Position numbers and translations under genes: made by a program. A DNA stretch of 46,371 bases from an uncultured Bacilli bacterium (GTDB lineage: Bacteria > Bacillota_I > Bacilli_A > RF39 > UBA660), in contig CALVUT010000084.1 of assembly GCA_944363675.1 (NCBI GenBank), positions 1-46,371 on the forward strand. Direction: 5' to 3'. Every line of letters starts with the position of its first letter. Positions within the stretch are counted from its first letter, which is position 1. The notes beneath the pieces are model-generated. The model ran no database searches. It was not told the origin of the DNA and saw only the letters and a list, made by a program, of their open reading frames with translations. Below are positions 26,521 through 34,876 of the stretch, piece by piece.

Positions 26521-27462
26521 ATGAATAAAGTTTGGACAAACATTTATACTTTGCATCATCCAGAAATCGAAAAAAGATTTAGTATTGTTGTTGGCAATGA
26601 TCTTCACTTTCATCCCAATATAAAAACAGAAAAATTGAATAAAATCCTAAATGAAATAGCGAAAATCGATCCTGAATATATTATGTTACCAGGAGATATA
26701 ATTTCCTATACTGAAGCTATAGAAAGTACGTATGAAAAAGATCGTCTACTTAGATTGCTTCAAGAATTTGGAGAAATTGCTCCAACAATGATCTCGCTAG
26801 GTAGTCATGATTTTTATAAAAAAGAAGATAAATTAAATCCAGTTCTAGACAAAAAACTTTACCATAAAATAAACGAACTTTCAAACGTCCAAATTCTTCA
26901 CAATACGCATTATATAGATGAACGCATCTATGTAGCTGGAATTACACAATCCTATGGCTATTATCATCCCAATAATAACTTTGCAAAACATCCAATAAAA
27001 CCTGTTCAAGAAGATAAAGCCGTTTTATTGAAGGACCTTGAAACTCATCTAAAAGAATTAAAAAATCTTCCTAAAGACAAATTAAAATTTATGTTGATAC
27101 ACTCTCCAATTCACATCGATAGTATAGAAGTACAAGCATACTTGAAAGAATTTGATTACATCCTTTCGGGTCATATGCACAACGGTTGCGTCCCTTCATT
27201 TCTTTTTCCATTTTGGAAATCTACACGTGGTTTCATAGCGCCAAGTGGTGCATTATTTCCTAAAAACGAACGAGACACCCTGCGCTTTCAAGGGGATAAA
27301 TTATTGGTTAACGGACCCCTCACGACCATTCAGCCAGATTCTATATTAAAATATTATTTAAACGAATTTTTCCCTTCTTATTTAAGTGTCCTAGAATTTG
27401 TAAAATATTCCACCGAAGAAAAAGAAAACAAAAAAATTCCTAAACGAACCCTTTATCGTTAG
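26521..27462 (+). CDS. Metallophosphoesterase (calcineurin-like)
   Basis: GNDLH, PGDII, GSHD, HSP and GHMHNG motif series. RBS agagga before ATG 26521. Confidence 0.7.
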   Translation: MNKVWTNIYTLHHPEIEKRFSIVVGNDLHFHPNIKTEKLNKILNEIAKIDPEYIMLPGDIISYTEAIESTYEKDRLLRLLQEFGEIAPTMISLGSHDFYKKEDKLNPVLDKKLYHKINELSNVQILHNTHYIDERIYVAGITQSYGYYHPNNNFAKHPIKPVQEDKAVLLKDLETHLKELKNLPKDKLKFMLIHSPIHIDSIEVQAYLKEFDYILSGHMHNGCVPSFLFPFWKSTRGFIAPSGALFPKNERDTLRFQGDKLLVNGPLTTIQPDSILKYYLNEFFPSYLSVLEFVKYSTEEKENKKIPKRTLYR

Positions 27463-27468
27463 GAATTT

Positions 27469-28308
27469 TTATTTTCGAGATCTTCCCTCATCCGAATCAG
27501 GAAGTTGTTCAATAGCATAGCCATAGTTAGCTTCATCTATAGTAAGATATCCATGCCCCGGGAAGCCAAAAAAGGAAAATGGAAAAGCGTAGTTTTCTTG
27601 AAAATTTTGATTTTCGGCTTGAATGCGATCTACTTTTCCTTGAACACAAGCCATCCACTCAACCAACAAACCTCGCATAGTTTTATAATATTTTAACTTT
27701 TCTCTAAAACTTTTGGAAAGTCTTTTATAATCCTTTTGCATATAACATTGTTGTAAATATTCTTTTAATTTATAGTCTACAATCGATGCGCTCGATGCCA
27801 CATAACGTCTTGTAGTATTATTAGAAGTAACTAAAGTAAGTAAAAGTTGCGTTAAAACTTCAAAATAAGGTTCCTCCGTTCCATCGAGTCGCAGATCAAT
27901 TCTTTTATCTCGTGCACTATGGATAATTTTTTGCCTCCTTAACTCAGCTAAAGTAGTAATAGACTTGACAATCTTCTCATTTAATTGTTCATTAAGTGTC
28001 ATAGGTTTAAAAAGACAACAATAAACTTTCAAATCGCGGTAAAAAATGGGATAATCTTTCCCGCCAACGTCCCAAGTATGCTTTTGAGCTTCTTTTTTCA
28101 CCCTTACAATAAATAGATCGAATTGATCGCTTTGTAATCTTGGAAATCTTTGCTGCAAATAAGCTTTAAATGCTTCTTCAGTATATAAAGAAGTGAGAAG
28201 ATCGATATCCGTAATATCATTAAACTGAATCTCACCAATAGCAACGGTATCACATATATGACCATCTATAGAATACATCAAATAATAAAATGGACCATTT
28301 TTTTTCAC
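27469..28308 (-). CDS. Hypothetical protein (279 aa)
   Basis: GTG start preceded by a strong RBS (aagaaggtg, 5 nt spacer). Coding-like composition. No domain recognised. Confidence 0.5.
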   Translation of the reverse strand: MKKNGPFYYLMYSIDGHICDTVAIGEIQFNDITDIDLLTSLYTEEAFKAYLQQRFPRLQSDQFDLFIVRVKKEAQKHTWDVGGKDYPIFYRDLKVYCCLFKPMTLNEQLNEKIVKSITTLAELRRQKIIHSARDKRIDLRLDGTEEPYFEVLTQLLLTLVTSNNTTRRYVASSASIVDYKLKEYLQQCYMQKDYKRLSKSFREKLKYYKTMRGLLVEWMACVQGKVDRIQAENQNFQENYAFPFSFFGFPGHGYLTIDEANYGYAIEQLPDSDEGRSRK

Positions 28309-28418
28309 AAAAACACCTTCTTATCTTTATTTTAACTTAAAATACCAATGATTGGCAATCAAAAGCGTGTATGGTTTTCTAAAAAAACACCATAATACTA
28401 GTGGGAGGTAAAAAAGAA

Positions 28419-28529
28419 ATGAAAAAAAATGAAAAACGTGATTCTAGAAAACAACAACAACGTAACGAAAAGAAAAATCAAAATCAAAAGCAAAATTCTA
28501 GAAAAGAAGAAAATAACAGAAATTGTTAA
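28419..28529 (+). CDS. Candidate 36 aa highly basic K/Q/N/R-rich micro-protein
   Basis: RBS gggagg lies 10 nt before the ATG. MKKNEKRDSRKQQQRNEKKNQNQKQNSRKEENNRNC*. A strong terminator follows directly. Under 60 aa, so absent from the ORF track. Confidence 0.3.
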   Translation: MKKNEKRDSRKQQQRNEKKNQNQKQNSRKEENNRNC

Positions 28530-28538
28530 TAATAACTT

Positions 28539-28577
28539 GAAAAGGAATGACGATGAATTCATTCCTTTTCTTTTTTT
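28539..28577 (+). terminator. Rho-independent terminator overlapping the 3' end of the xer gene
   Basis: gaaaaggaatga-(8 nt)-tcattccttttc followed by ttttttt. Confidence 0.6.
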
Positions 28578-29470
28578 GCTCTAGGATGTGCACTTTCATA
28601 TTCTTCTTTCATTTTTTCGTTCGAAACATGTGTATAAATTTGGGTAGTAGAAATATCGCTATGGCCTAAAAGTTCTTGAATAACTCGCAAATCGGCCCCA
28701 TTTTTCAGTAAATGTGTAGCAAAAGAATGCCGCAAAACATGAGGAGAAACACACTTTTTTAAACCAACCTTAACACATAATTCTTTTAACAGTTTATACA
28801 ATCCTTGTCTTGTAATTGGTGTTCCCCGATTATTTAAAAACAACTCATCATAATTTTTTCCTTTTTTGACAAGCAAGCCCCGATAATTCTTTAAATAAAG
28901 GCTTAAATACTTCTTGGCCGTCTCATTAAAAGGAATAATTCGTTCCTTACTCCCCTTCCCTTCTACCTTAACGCAATCGTTATCGAAATCAACCATATAA
29001 AATTTTAAGGAAAGAAGCTCACTTACCCGCATTCCCGTCGCATATAAAAGCTCAAGCATAGCCTTAGTTCGATAATCGTAAGCCGTTTTTAAAGGAAATG
29101 ACAGTAACAAATCCACTTCCTCATAACTAAGATACTTAGGAAGTCTTTCCGTTAATTTAGGCATTAAAACGCCATCACAGGGATTTTTACCCAAACGGTC
29201 ATTATCGACCATAAAACCATAAAAACTGCGTAAAACCGTTAAATAATGTGCTTTGGTTGTCTCCTTTTGATGAACACTTTGAATAAAGTGCTCAATCTCT
29301 TTTTTAGAAACCTTTAAAGGATCCTGTTTATTTAAAAATAACCAAAACGTATACAAATTATTTTCATAAGATTCCACCGTATTAAAACTTAACTTTCGCT
29401 CATACTTTAAAACGCGAATATATTCCTCCATCACTGGTGGTAAACACTCTTTATCTATTACTCTTTTCAT
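28559..29470 (-). CDS. xerD: Tyrosine site-specific recombinase, XerC/XerD family
   Basis: N-terminal SAM-like domain and catalytic domain with ATGMRVSEL, HVLRHSFATHLL, LGHSDISTTQIYTHV. ~300 aa. XerC versus XerD cannot be settled by eye. Confidence 0.8.
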   Translation of the reverse strand: MKRVIDKECLPPVMEEYIRVLKYERKLSFNTVESYENNLYTFWLFLNKQDPLKVSKKEIEHFIQSVHQKETTKAHYLTVLRSFYGFMVDNDRLGKNPCDGVLMPKLTERLPKYLSYEEVDLLLSFPLKTAYDYRTKAMLELLYATGMRVSELLSLKFYMVDFDNDCVKVEGKGSKERIIPFNETAKKYLSLYLKNYRGLLVKKGKNYDELFLNNRGTPITRQGLYKLLKELCVKVGLKKCVSPHVLRHSFATHLLKNGADLRVIQELLGHSDISTTQIYTHVSNEKMKEEYESAHPRAKKEKE

Positions 29471-29535
29471 ATAATTAGTATAACGATTTTGTTTTTCCTT
29501 GTCAAATCTGGTATAATAATCTAAGGTGATTACAA

Positions 29536-30735
29536 ATGGAAATATTAGCCAACCAAATGCGTCCTAAAACATTAAATGAAGTCTTTGGCCAACAACATCT
29601 TATTGGAGAAAATAAAGTTCTTTCTAATCTTGTTCAAAACAACCATATTGTATCAATGATTCTCTATGGTCGTCCAGGAACCGGTAAAACCTCGATCGCT
29701 AATGCCATCGTTCACGACTTAAAAAAACCCTATAAATTTATGAATGCTACGATTAACAATAAAAGTGACTTTGACATCGCTATTGAAGAAGCTAAGATGG
29801 AAGGGGATATGATTCTAATTATCGATGAAATTCATCGGATGAATAAAGATAAACAAGATCTTCTTCTTCCCTATATCGAATCAGGTCTAATTACCTTAAT
29901 TGGTCTTACAACATCCAATCCCTACCATAAAATAAATCCTGCCATTCGTAGCCGTGTCCAAATATTCGAACTCCACGACTTAACAGTTGAAGATATCATA
30001 GTCGGCTTAAAACGCGCAATAACTAAGCTTCCCGACTGCCAAATCGATGAAGAAAGTTTAGCCTTTATTGCTACATCTGCTAGTGGCGATGTCAGAAGTG
30101 CACTGAACCTATTAGAAACCGCATATTATTCCACCAAAGACCATTGCATCACTTTAGAAACCTTAAAAAGCATTCAATCCAAACCGGTCTTTTTTCACGA
30201 TAAAAATGAAGATGGCCACTACGACGTCCTATCTGCCTTTCAAAAATCTATTCGAGGAAGTGATGTAGATGCCTCATTACATTACCTAGCTAGACTAATT
30301 GAAGCCGGTGACTTAGACAGTATCTACCGTAGAATGAGCGTCATTGCCTATGAAGACATTGGTCTTGCTAATCCATCAATTGGGCCAAAAGTCATGGCAG
30401 CTATTGAAGCCTCAGAACTCGTAGGTCTTCCTGAAGCACGAATTCCATTAGGAACAATCGTTACCGAAATGGCTTTATCTCCAAAGTCAAACTCAGCGCA
30501 TATAGCCTTAGATGAAGCCTTAAATGACATTCACAAAGGCAATACAGGCAACGTCCCAGATCATATCAAAACCAATAGTCAAACCTACTTATATCCGCAT
30601 AATTATAAAAACGCCTACGTTCGTCAAGAATACTTACCGATAAATTTACGGGGCAAAAAATACTATCATCCGAAAGACAACAAATACGAAAACAATTTAA
30701 ACAAATTATGGCAAGAAAGGACGAAAAACAAATGA
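29536..30735 (+). CDS. rarA: Replication-associated recombination protein A (RarA/MgsA)
   Basis: MRPKTLNEVFGQQHLIGE, Walker A GRPGTGKTS, IDEIHR, MgsA C-terminal domain (HYDVLSAFQKSIRGSDVDASLHYLARL). Confidence 0.9.
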   Translation: MEILANQMRPKTLNEVFGQQHLIGENKVLSNLVQNNHIVSMILYGRPGTGKTSIANAIVHDLKKPYKFMNATINNKSDFDIAIEEAKMEGDMILIIDEIHRMNKDKQDLLLPYIESGLITLIGLTTSNPYHKINPAIRSRVQIFELHDLTVEDIIVGLKRAITKLPDCQIDEESLAFIATSASGDVRSALNLLETAYYSTKDHCITLETLKSIQSKPVFFHDKNEDGHYDVLSAFQKSIRGSDVDASLHYLARLIEAGDLDSIYRRMSVIAYEDIGLANPSIGPKVMAAIEASELVGLPEARIPLGTIVTEMALSPKSNSAHIALDEALNDIHKGNTGNVPDHIKTNSQTYLYPHNYKNAYVRQEYLPINLRGKKYYHPKDNKYENNLNKLWQERTKNK

Positions 30736-31667
30736 AAATAGCACTTATTGGCAGTGGAAAATACAGCTTTGCCATTGCCTCATTACTTTTACAAAAAGCA
30801 AATAAACTTACCATGTGGACTCACGATAAAACCTTTACTTTACCCGAATCTTATCAAAAGAAAATTGACCTAGAAACAGATTTAACCAAAGTCATCCAAG
30901 AAAATAACATTATCTTTTTATTAATCTCTAGTTCTTACGTTGAAACTACATTTAAAGATCTTCCCAAAAACCTCTTTAAAAACAAACTCCTCATCATTGG
31001 TACAAAAGGACTTTTACCCTATAAACCCTACTACATATCCAAATACTTACGTAAACAAAAACACATTCGCAACTTAATATACTTTGCCGGGCCGAATCTA
31101 GCAAGTGACCTAGAACACCTCTTCCCAACCTCAATGACCTTTGCAATAACAAAAAAACGACAAATCAACCAAATTAAAAACCTCTTCCCAGACTTTATTA
31201 GTGCCCATTTCACATACCTATTTGAACCCATCGAACTAGCCAGTACCTTAAAAAATATCTATGCCATCGGTTCAGGAATATTAGAAGCCAAATACCATAG
31301 CCAAAGTACAACCTTTGCCTACCTAAGCAAAGCCTATGATGAGTGTCTGTCCATACTCGATCAAATTGCCAATTATACAAAATATATGCGCGACTTTAAA
31401 TACATACCATTAGATATCACAGGCGACTTTTTCTTGACCGGAACGATGAGCGAAAGCCGCAACAAAAAATATGGGACACTCATGTATAACAAAGAAGCCA
31501 AAGCAAAATACGAACAGGAAAATACCATTGAAGGTTTAATAAATTTACCAAATGTATACAAACTTCTAAAAAAAAGAAAAGTCAAAGCTCCCCTCTTCTA
31601 TACCTTATATCAAATCATCTTCCAAGAAAAAGATCCCAATACCCTTGAAGAAGTTACCTTCCATTAA
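30732..31667 (+). CDS. Divergent NAD(P)H-dependent glycerol-3-phosphate dehydrogenase (GpsA) family protein
   Basis: MKIALIGSGKYSFAIA..., GPNLASDL, LKNIYAIGSGI, GDFFLTGTMSESRN and TIEGL follow the GpsA order but are degenerate. ATGA overlap with the rarA stop. Confidence 0.55.
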   Translation: MKIALIGSGKYSFAIASLLLQKANKLTMWTHDKTFTLPESYQKKIDLETDLTKVIQENNIIFLLISSSYVETTFKDLPKNLFKNKLLIIGTKGLLPYKPYYISKYLRKQKHIRNLIYFAGPNLASDLEHLFPTSMTFAITKKRQINQIKNLFPDFISAHFTYLFEPIELASTLKNIYAIGSGILEAKYHSQSTTFAYLSKAYDECLSILDQIANYTKYMRDFKYIPLDITGDFFLTGTMSESRNKKYGTLMYNKEAKAKYEQENTIEGLINLPNVYKLLKKRKVKAPLFYTLYQIIFQEKDPNTLEEVTFH

Positions 31668-32331
31668 CTTCTTTTTCTATGTCTAAAATGACATATAAAG
31701 CGAGCTTTGCTCCGGCTTGCATCACAACAGAACATAAAGATCCAAGCTGGGCCTGTTTTAAAGGCAATGTCTTACTCCAAAGAACCCTACTTTGTAGACA
31801 CTTCTTATCATCCTTTAACTCGCTACGTATTCTTTTAGCTAAAGGATCATTATACGTATCTTGAAGTTTAACAACCTCAAAATCACCAATAACACGATTC
31901 GCCGTTCCCATACACGAAATAAGCTTCGTAGAACCTCTAAAAACCTTCATTAAAGCCACTTTAACACTAATGGTATCACAAGCATCAATCACATAGTCAT
32001 ATGCCTCAAAATCCATATCTAAAACATTTTTCTCATCAAGTCTCTTATCTATACCTTGAATATCGATATCTGGATAAATCAATTTAGCCCTTTTAACACC
32101 TTCAATAACCTTAGAGTTGCCAAGACTATCTCGCGTAGCTAAAATTTGCCGGTTTAAATTTGACTCTTCAAACACATCACAATCAACAATGGTAATATGC
32201 CCAACACCAGATCGAATCAAACACTCCAAAGTGTATCCCCCAACACCGCCTAGCCCAATAAGAAGAACATGGCAACTTTTTAATCTATTTACAACCTTAT
32301 TACCTAAAAGAGTACTCGTCCGTTCAAACAT
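31654..32331 (-). CDS. tcdA: tRNA threonylcarbamoyladenosine dehydratase (TcdA/YrvM, ThiF family)
   Basis: ThiF-type Rossmann motif VLLIGLGGVGGY...IVDCDVFEESNLNRQ. ~225 aa as for TcdA. Its 3' end overlaps the gpsA-like gene by 14 nt (convergent). Confidence 0.75.
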   Translation of the reverse strand: MFERTSTLLGNKVVNRLKSCHVLLIGLGGVGGYTLECLIRSGVGHITIVDCDVFEESNLNRQILATRDSLGNSKVIEGVKRAKLIYPDIDIQGIDKRLDEKNVLDMDFEAYDYVIDACDTISVKVALMKVFRGSTKLISCMGTANRVIGDFEVVKLQDTYNDPLAKRIRSELKDDKKCLQSRVLWSKTLPLKQAQLGSLCSVVMQAGAKLALYVILDIEKEVNGR

Positions 32332-32352
32332 AATTTATCCTTTCTAAGCATT

Positions 32353-32522
32353 AAAAAAACCAAATGCAAGCAGTGTGATAAAATCCCGCTCACTCGCAGG
32401 TGGGCATCTCACTTATGCTTTAGGATCCTAATTCACTTAATGGATTAGTCTTCAACACCACATAAGGTTCTGATTCCCTTATATCACCATAGTCGGTTTT
32501 ATGTAACTATCCTACATTTGGT
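32353..32522 (-). ncRNA. Candidate 6S RNA (bsrA/ssrS-like) or other structured sRNA/leader upstream of tcdA
   Basis: ~170 nt between its own promoter and a T7 run. It folds by eye into one long interrupted hairpin. The 12 bp closing stem ACCAAAUGUAGG/CUUGCAUUUGGU has two G-U pairs that exist only on the - strand. Nested stems are GUGAUA/UAUCAC, CUUAUG/CAUAAG and CUAAU/AUUAG, with a large asymmetric internal loop. It sits directly 5' of tcdA, as I recall for B. subtilis 6S-1. Confidence 0.5.
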
Positions 32523-32528
32523 AATTTA

Positions 32529-32557
32529 ATTATACTATAGAATAATCAGGATAACAA
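32529..32557 (-). promoter_or_regulatory. Sigma-A-type promoter of the candidate sRNA
   Basis: On the - strand: TTGTTA (32557-32552), 17 nt spacer, TATAAT (32534-32529). The predicted start falls at the first base of the closing stem. Confidence 0.45.
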
Positions 32558-32581
32558 GTAATTTGACATAAATTGACAACT

Positions 32582-34716
32582 CTAAACACTTTCAACGGAA
32601 TACGGATTAGAAGCACTTCCGCCACCAGATTTTAGACTATTTGCTTTTAGGCTAATGACAGGCCTTACACCGTTCGAGAAATATACGTAGTAGTTGACGT
32701 TGGCATTACCTATCAACGGAACGACACGAACAAGCGCATAGACATTAAAGGTATAAGGTGACATAGTCCAGTAAACGTTTCCAGTGTATAAATAATAACC
32801 ATAATTATTGCTACTATATCCTCCGGCTAAAACAACTTCATCTGTTGTAACTAGTCCGATTGGATAACTTAAATCTCCATTTCCTACTACTTCATCATCT
32901 ACTGTAAAGCGATCATTTTGCTCTACACAGGTAAGTCTTGGATATTGGCGTGAAGATGAACTGCTCCATGGACTTCCGTTCCATCGATAGTGAGTTACAC
33001 TTGTTCCTATACCAGTTCCACTATTGGATGAACCAAACGAACGATCATTACAAAATAAAGTGTCTGCAATATATTGTTCATACTCTGTACCAAGTATGTG
33101 TTCTTCATACCATTCATCTACTTTTCCTTTAATAGTACTATTGGTTATGTTAGCATGAGTATCTTCATAAGTTGTTCCCGTTCTACTTATGGTATAGGCA
33201 TTGGCTGTTGTAATGGTGTTTTCACTTTCTAGGTAATATAATGTTGTACAACTAGAACTATTACTTGCACAAGTATACTTTCCTACTTGACTTCCATCAT
33301 ATACACTTCTTGTATAATCAGTTAATCGAAATTGTCCCGTTGTTTTATCAAAAGTATAACTATTTCCATAATAGTAATAACTTGCAAATGTTCTTGTGCT
33401 TCGACTTGTCCCGTGGTTTTCTTCATAGCCTCCCTCTACACTCGTCCTAGTATAACTATATACATAACCTTGATAAGAATTAGAATATTCGTCAATCAAA
33501 TAAAGAGTTGTACAGTCCGTTGATGTGCTAGAACAAGTGTATTTTCCGACTAAGTCTTCACTCCATAAAGCTTGTGTAGGATTTATTAAAGTATATGTTC
33601 CTGTTGCTGTATCAAAGGTATAACTATCCGCATAATAGTAGTAATTATTTAAGCTTAGACTGCTTGTGGTTTCACTTGTCTCAGGTTCTCCCCAATAATT
33701 CTCTCCATACATATAGCCGACATACGCATTGTTATCATAACGGGAATTGTATGCACTGGTTCCTATTTGAGTATAATCTGTACTTGAATCATTATATCCA
33801 TTTTTTAAAACATCACTCTTATTTGGCAAAGCATCAATCACACTGGCATCTCCAGCATAAACCATTCATATACTTCCATCTCCATTGATTCTTAGTATTC
33901 GCCAGTAATATCCTCCAAACTTAACCCAATTGTTTTCTACATTTCCCCGATAATAATAACTCGTTCCATAATCATCTGGGGCACTGCATAAGTATCCATT
34001 ATTTTCTTCTTCATCAGTATTCTGTACAGTTCCGTCTGCATTTACAACTGGGCATCCTTCAGTATCTACATCTGCTAAGATACTACATTGAACGGAGTCT
34101 TCACCATACTCATTAATACATAACTCATAATCACTTGGCATATGATCTATGTAACTTGCTGTGATTGTAATCTTACTAGCAAAAGTAGTATTCATGACAT
34201 CAGCATCTTCCATTGTAATATTCTCATCAATCCATAACCGTAAATCATAGGCCACACTCTCATTGTGATCTAAGTAACCTGTTTTAAGTTTAAAAGAGGT
34301 CCTGGCATTATCTAATGTCGTTTTAACAACTTCATTAGAAGATAACAACACGGGTGTGTCTTCATCTAACTCGACTTTAATTGCCTCATAACGACTCAAT
34401 GTTGATGTATTTAATACTTCCAAATTCACTTGATAAGAAGCATAATCATCACAAGTATTGGTAATGGTAAATGTATAAGGTGTTAAAGTCTTACCTTCTT
34501 CATCCGTCAACGGATATGTTTTCTCCAGTTGAATAGCTTCTGTATCTTCAGTAAAACTTATCTGAAAACAGGTTGAAGCTATCGTATTTTCTCCTTGTTG
34601 ATTTACCGTGAAAATCCACAAAGCATAGGACACACCTATAATACACAAAGTACTAAAAGAATGCCAACAAGATAATATGCTTTCTTAATCTTAATCTTCT
34701 CCCATAAACTTTTCAA
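32582..34716 (-). pseudogene. Disrupted gene for a large secreted/cell-surface protein, in three pieces (34716-34636, 34648-33866, 33865-32582)
   Basis: Piece 1 has RBS ggagaaggtg plus a TTG start and encodes MKSLWEKIKIKKAYYLVGILLVLCVL*, a basic N-terminus with half a TM segment. Piece 2 continues the hydrophobic segment in another frame (..CIIGVSYALWIFTVNQQGENTIASTCFQISF..). Pieces 2 and 3 are in the same frame, separated only by TGA (33866-33868), where the paralogue at 11418 has Arg (GDGSI-R-LIYDG versus GDGSI-*-MVYAG). Confidence 0.6.
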
Positions 34717-34833
34717 TATAAACACCTTCTCCTACTAACTTGTTCTATTCTTTTTATGATAATACAAGTATAACACAGAAAATGTTTATTTATCAATTTT
34801 AAAAATAGTTTTATATATTTAGAATTTATGTGT

Positions 34834-34867
34834 TGAAAGAAAAACAACTGTATTTCTACAGCTGTTT
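34834..34867 (-). terminator. Rho-independent terminator after the HerA-like gene
   Basis: - strand acagctgta-gaaa-tacagttgt followed by tttttctttc. It separates the ATPase gene from the surface-protein gene. Confidence 0.6.
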
Positions 34868-34876
34868 AGCAAAAGT

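Noticed and set aside
32390-32420. Local resemblance of GCAGGTGGGCATCTCAC to the 3' end of E. coli 6S RNA (..CUGCGGCGGCAUCUCGG..), suggesting a + strand RNA.
   Set aside because: The match is on the wrong strand relative to the promoter, the U-tract and the G-U pairs, and sits in the wrong half of the molecule. I treat it as coincidence, so the 6S call rests on shape and synteny only.
33863-33868. The in-frame TGA could mean a Mollicutes-type genetic code (TGA = Trp) or selenocysteine.
   Set aside because: TGA terminates conserved genes at their normal lengths in this window (xseA with ATGA coupling to xseB, rarA, the xer gene). The aligned residue in the paralogue is Arg, not Trp or Cys. 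No SECIS-like context was evident.
32938-33888. Plus-strand ORFs opposite the surface-protein gene (32938-33132, 33265-33450, 33332-33523, 33595-33888).
   Set aside because: They are the antisense of a Tyr/Thr/Ser-rich coding region, with no start signals.
34636-34690. Programmed -1 ribosomal frameshift joining the signal-anchor piece to the main frame.
   Set aside because: The overlap (..ATT CTT TTA GTA CTT TGT GTA TTA TAG) has no X XXY YYZ slippery heptamer and no obvious downstream structure. A simple indel or sequencing error is more parsimonious.
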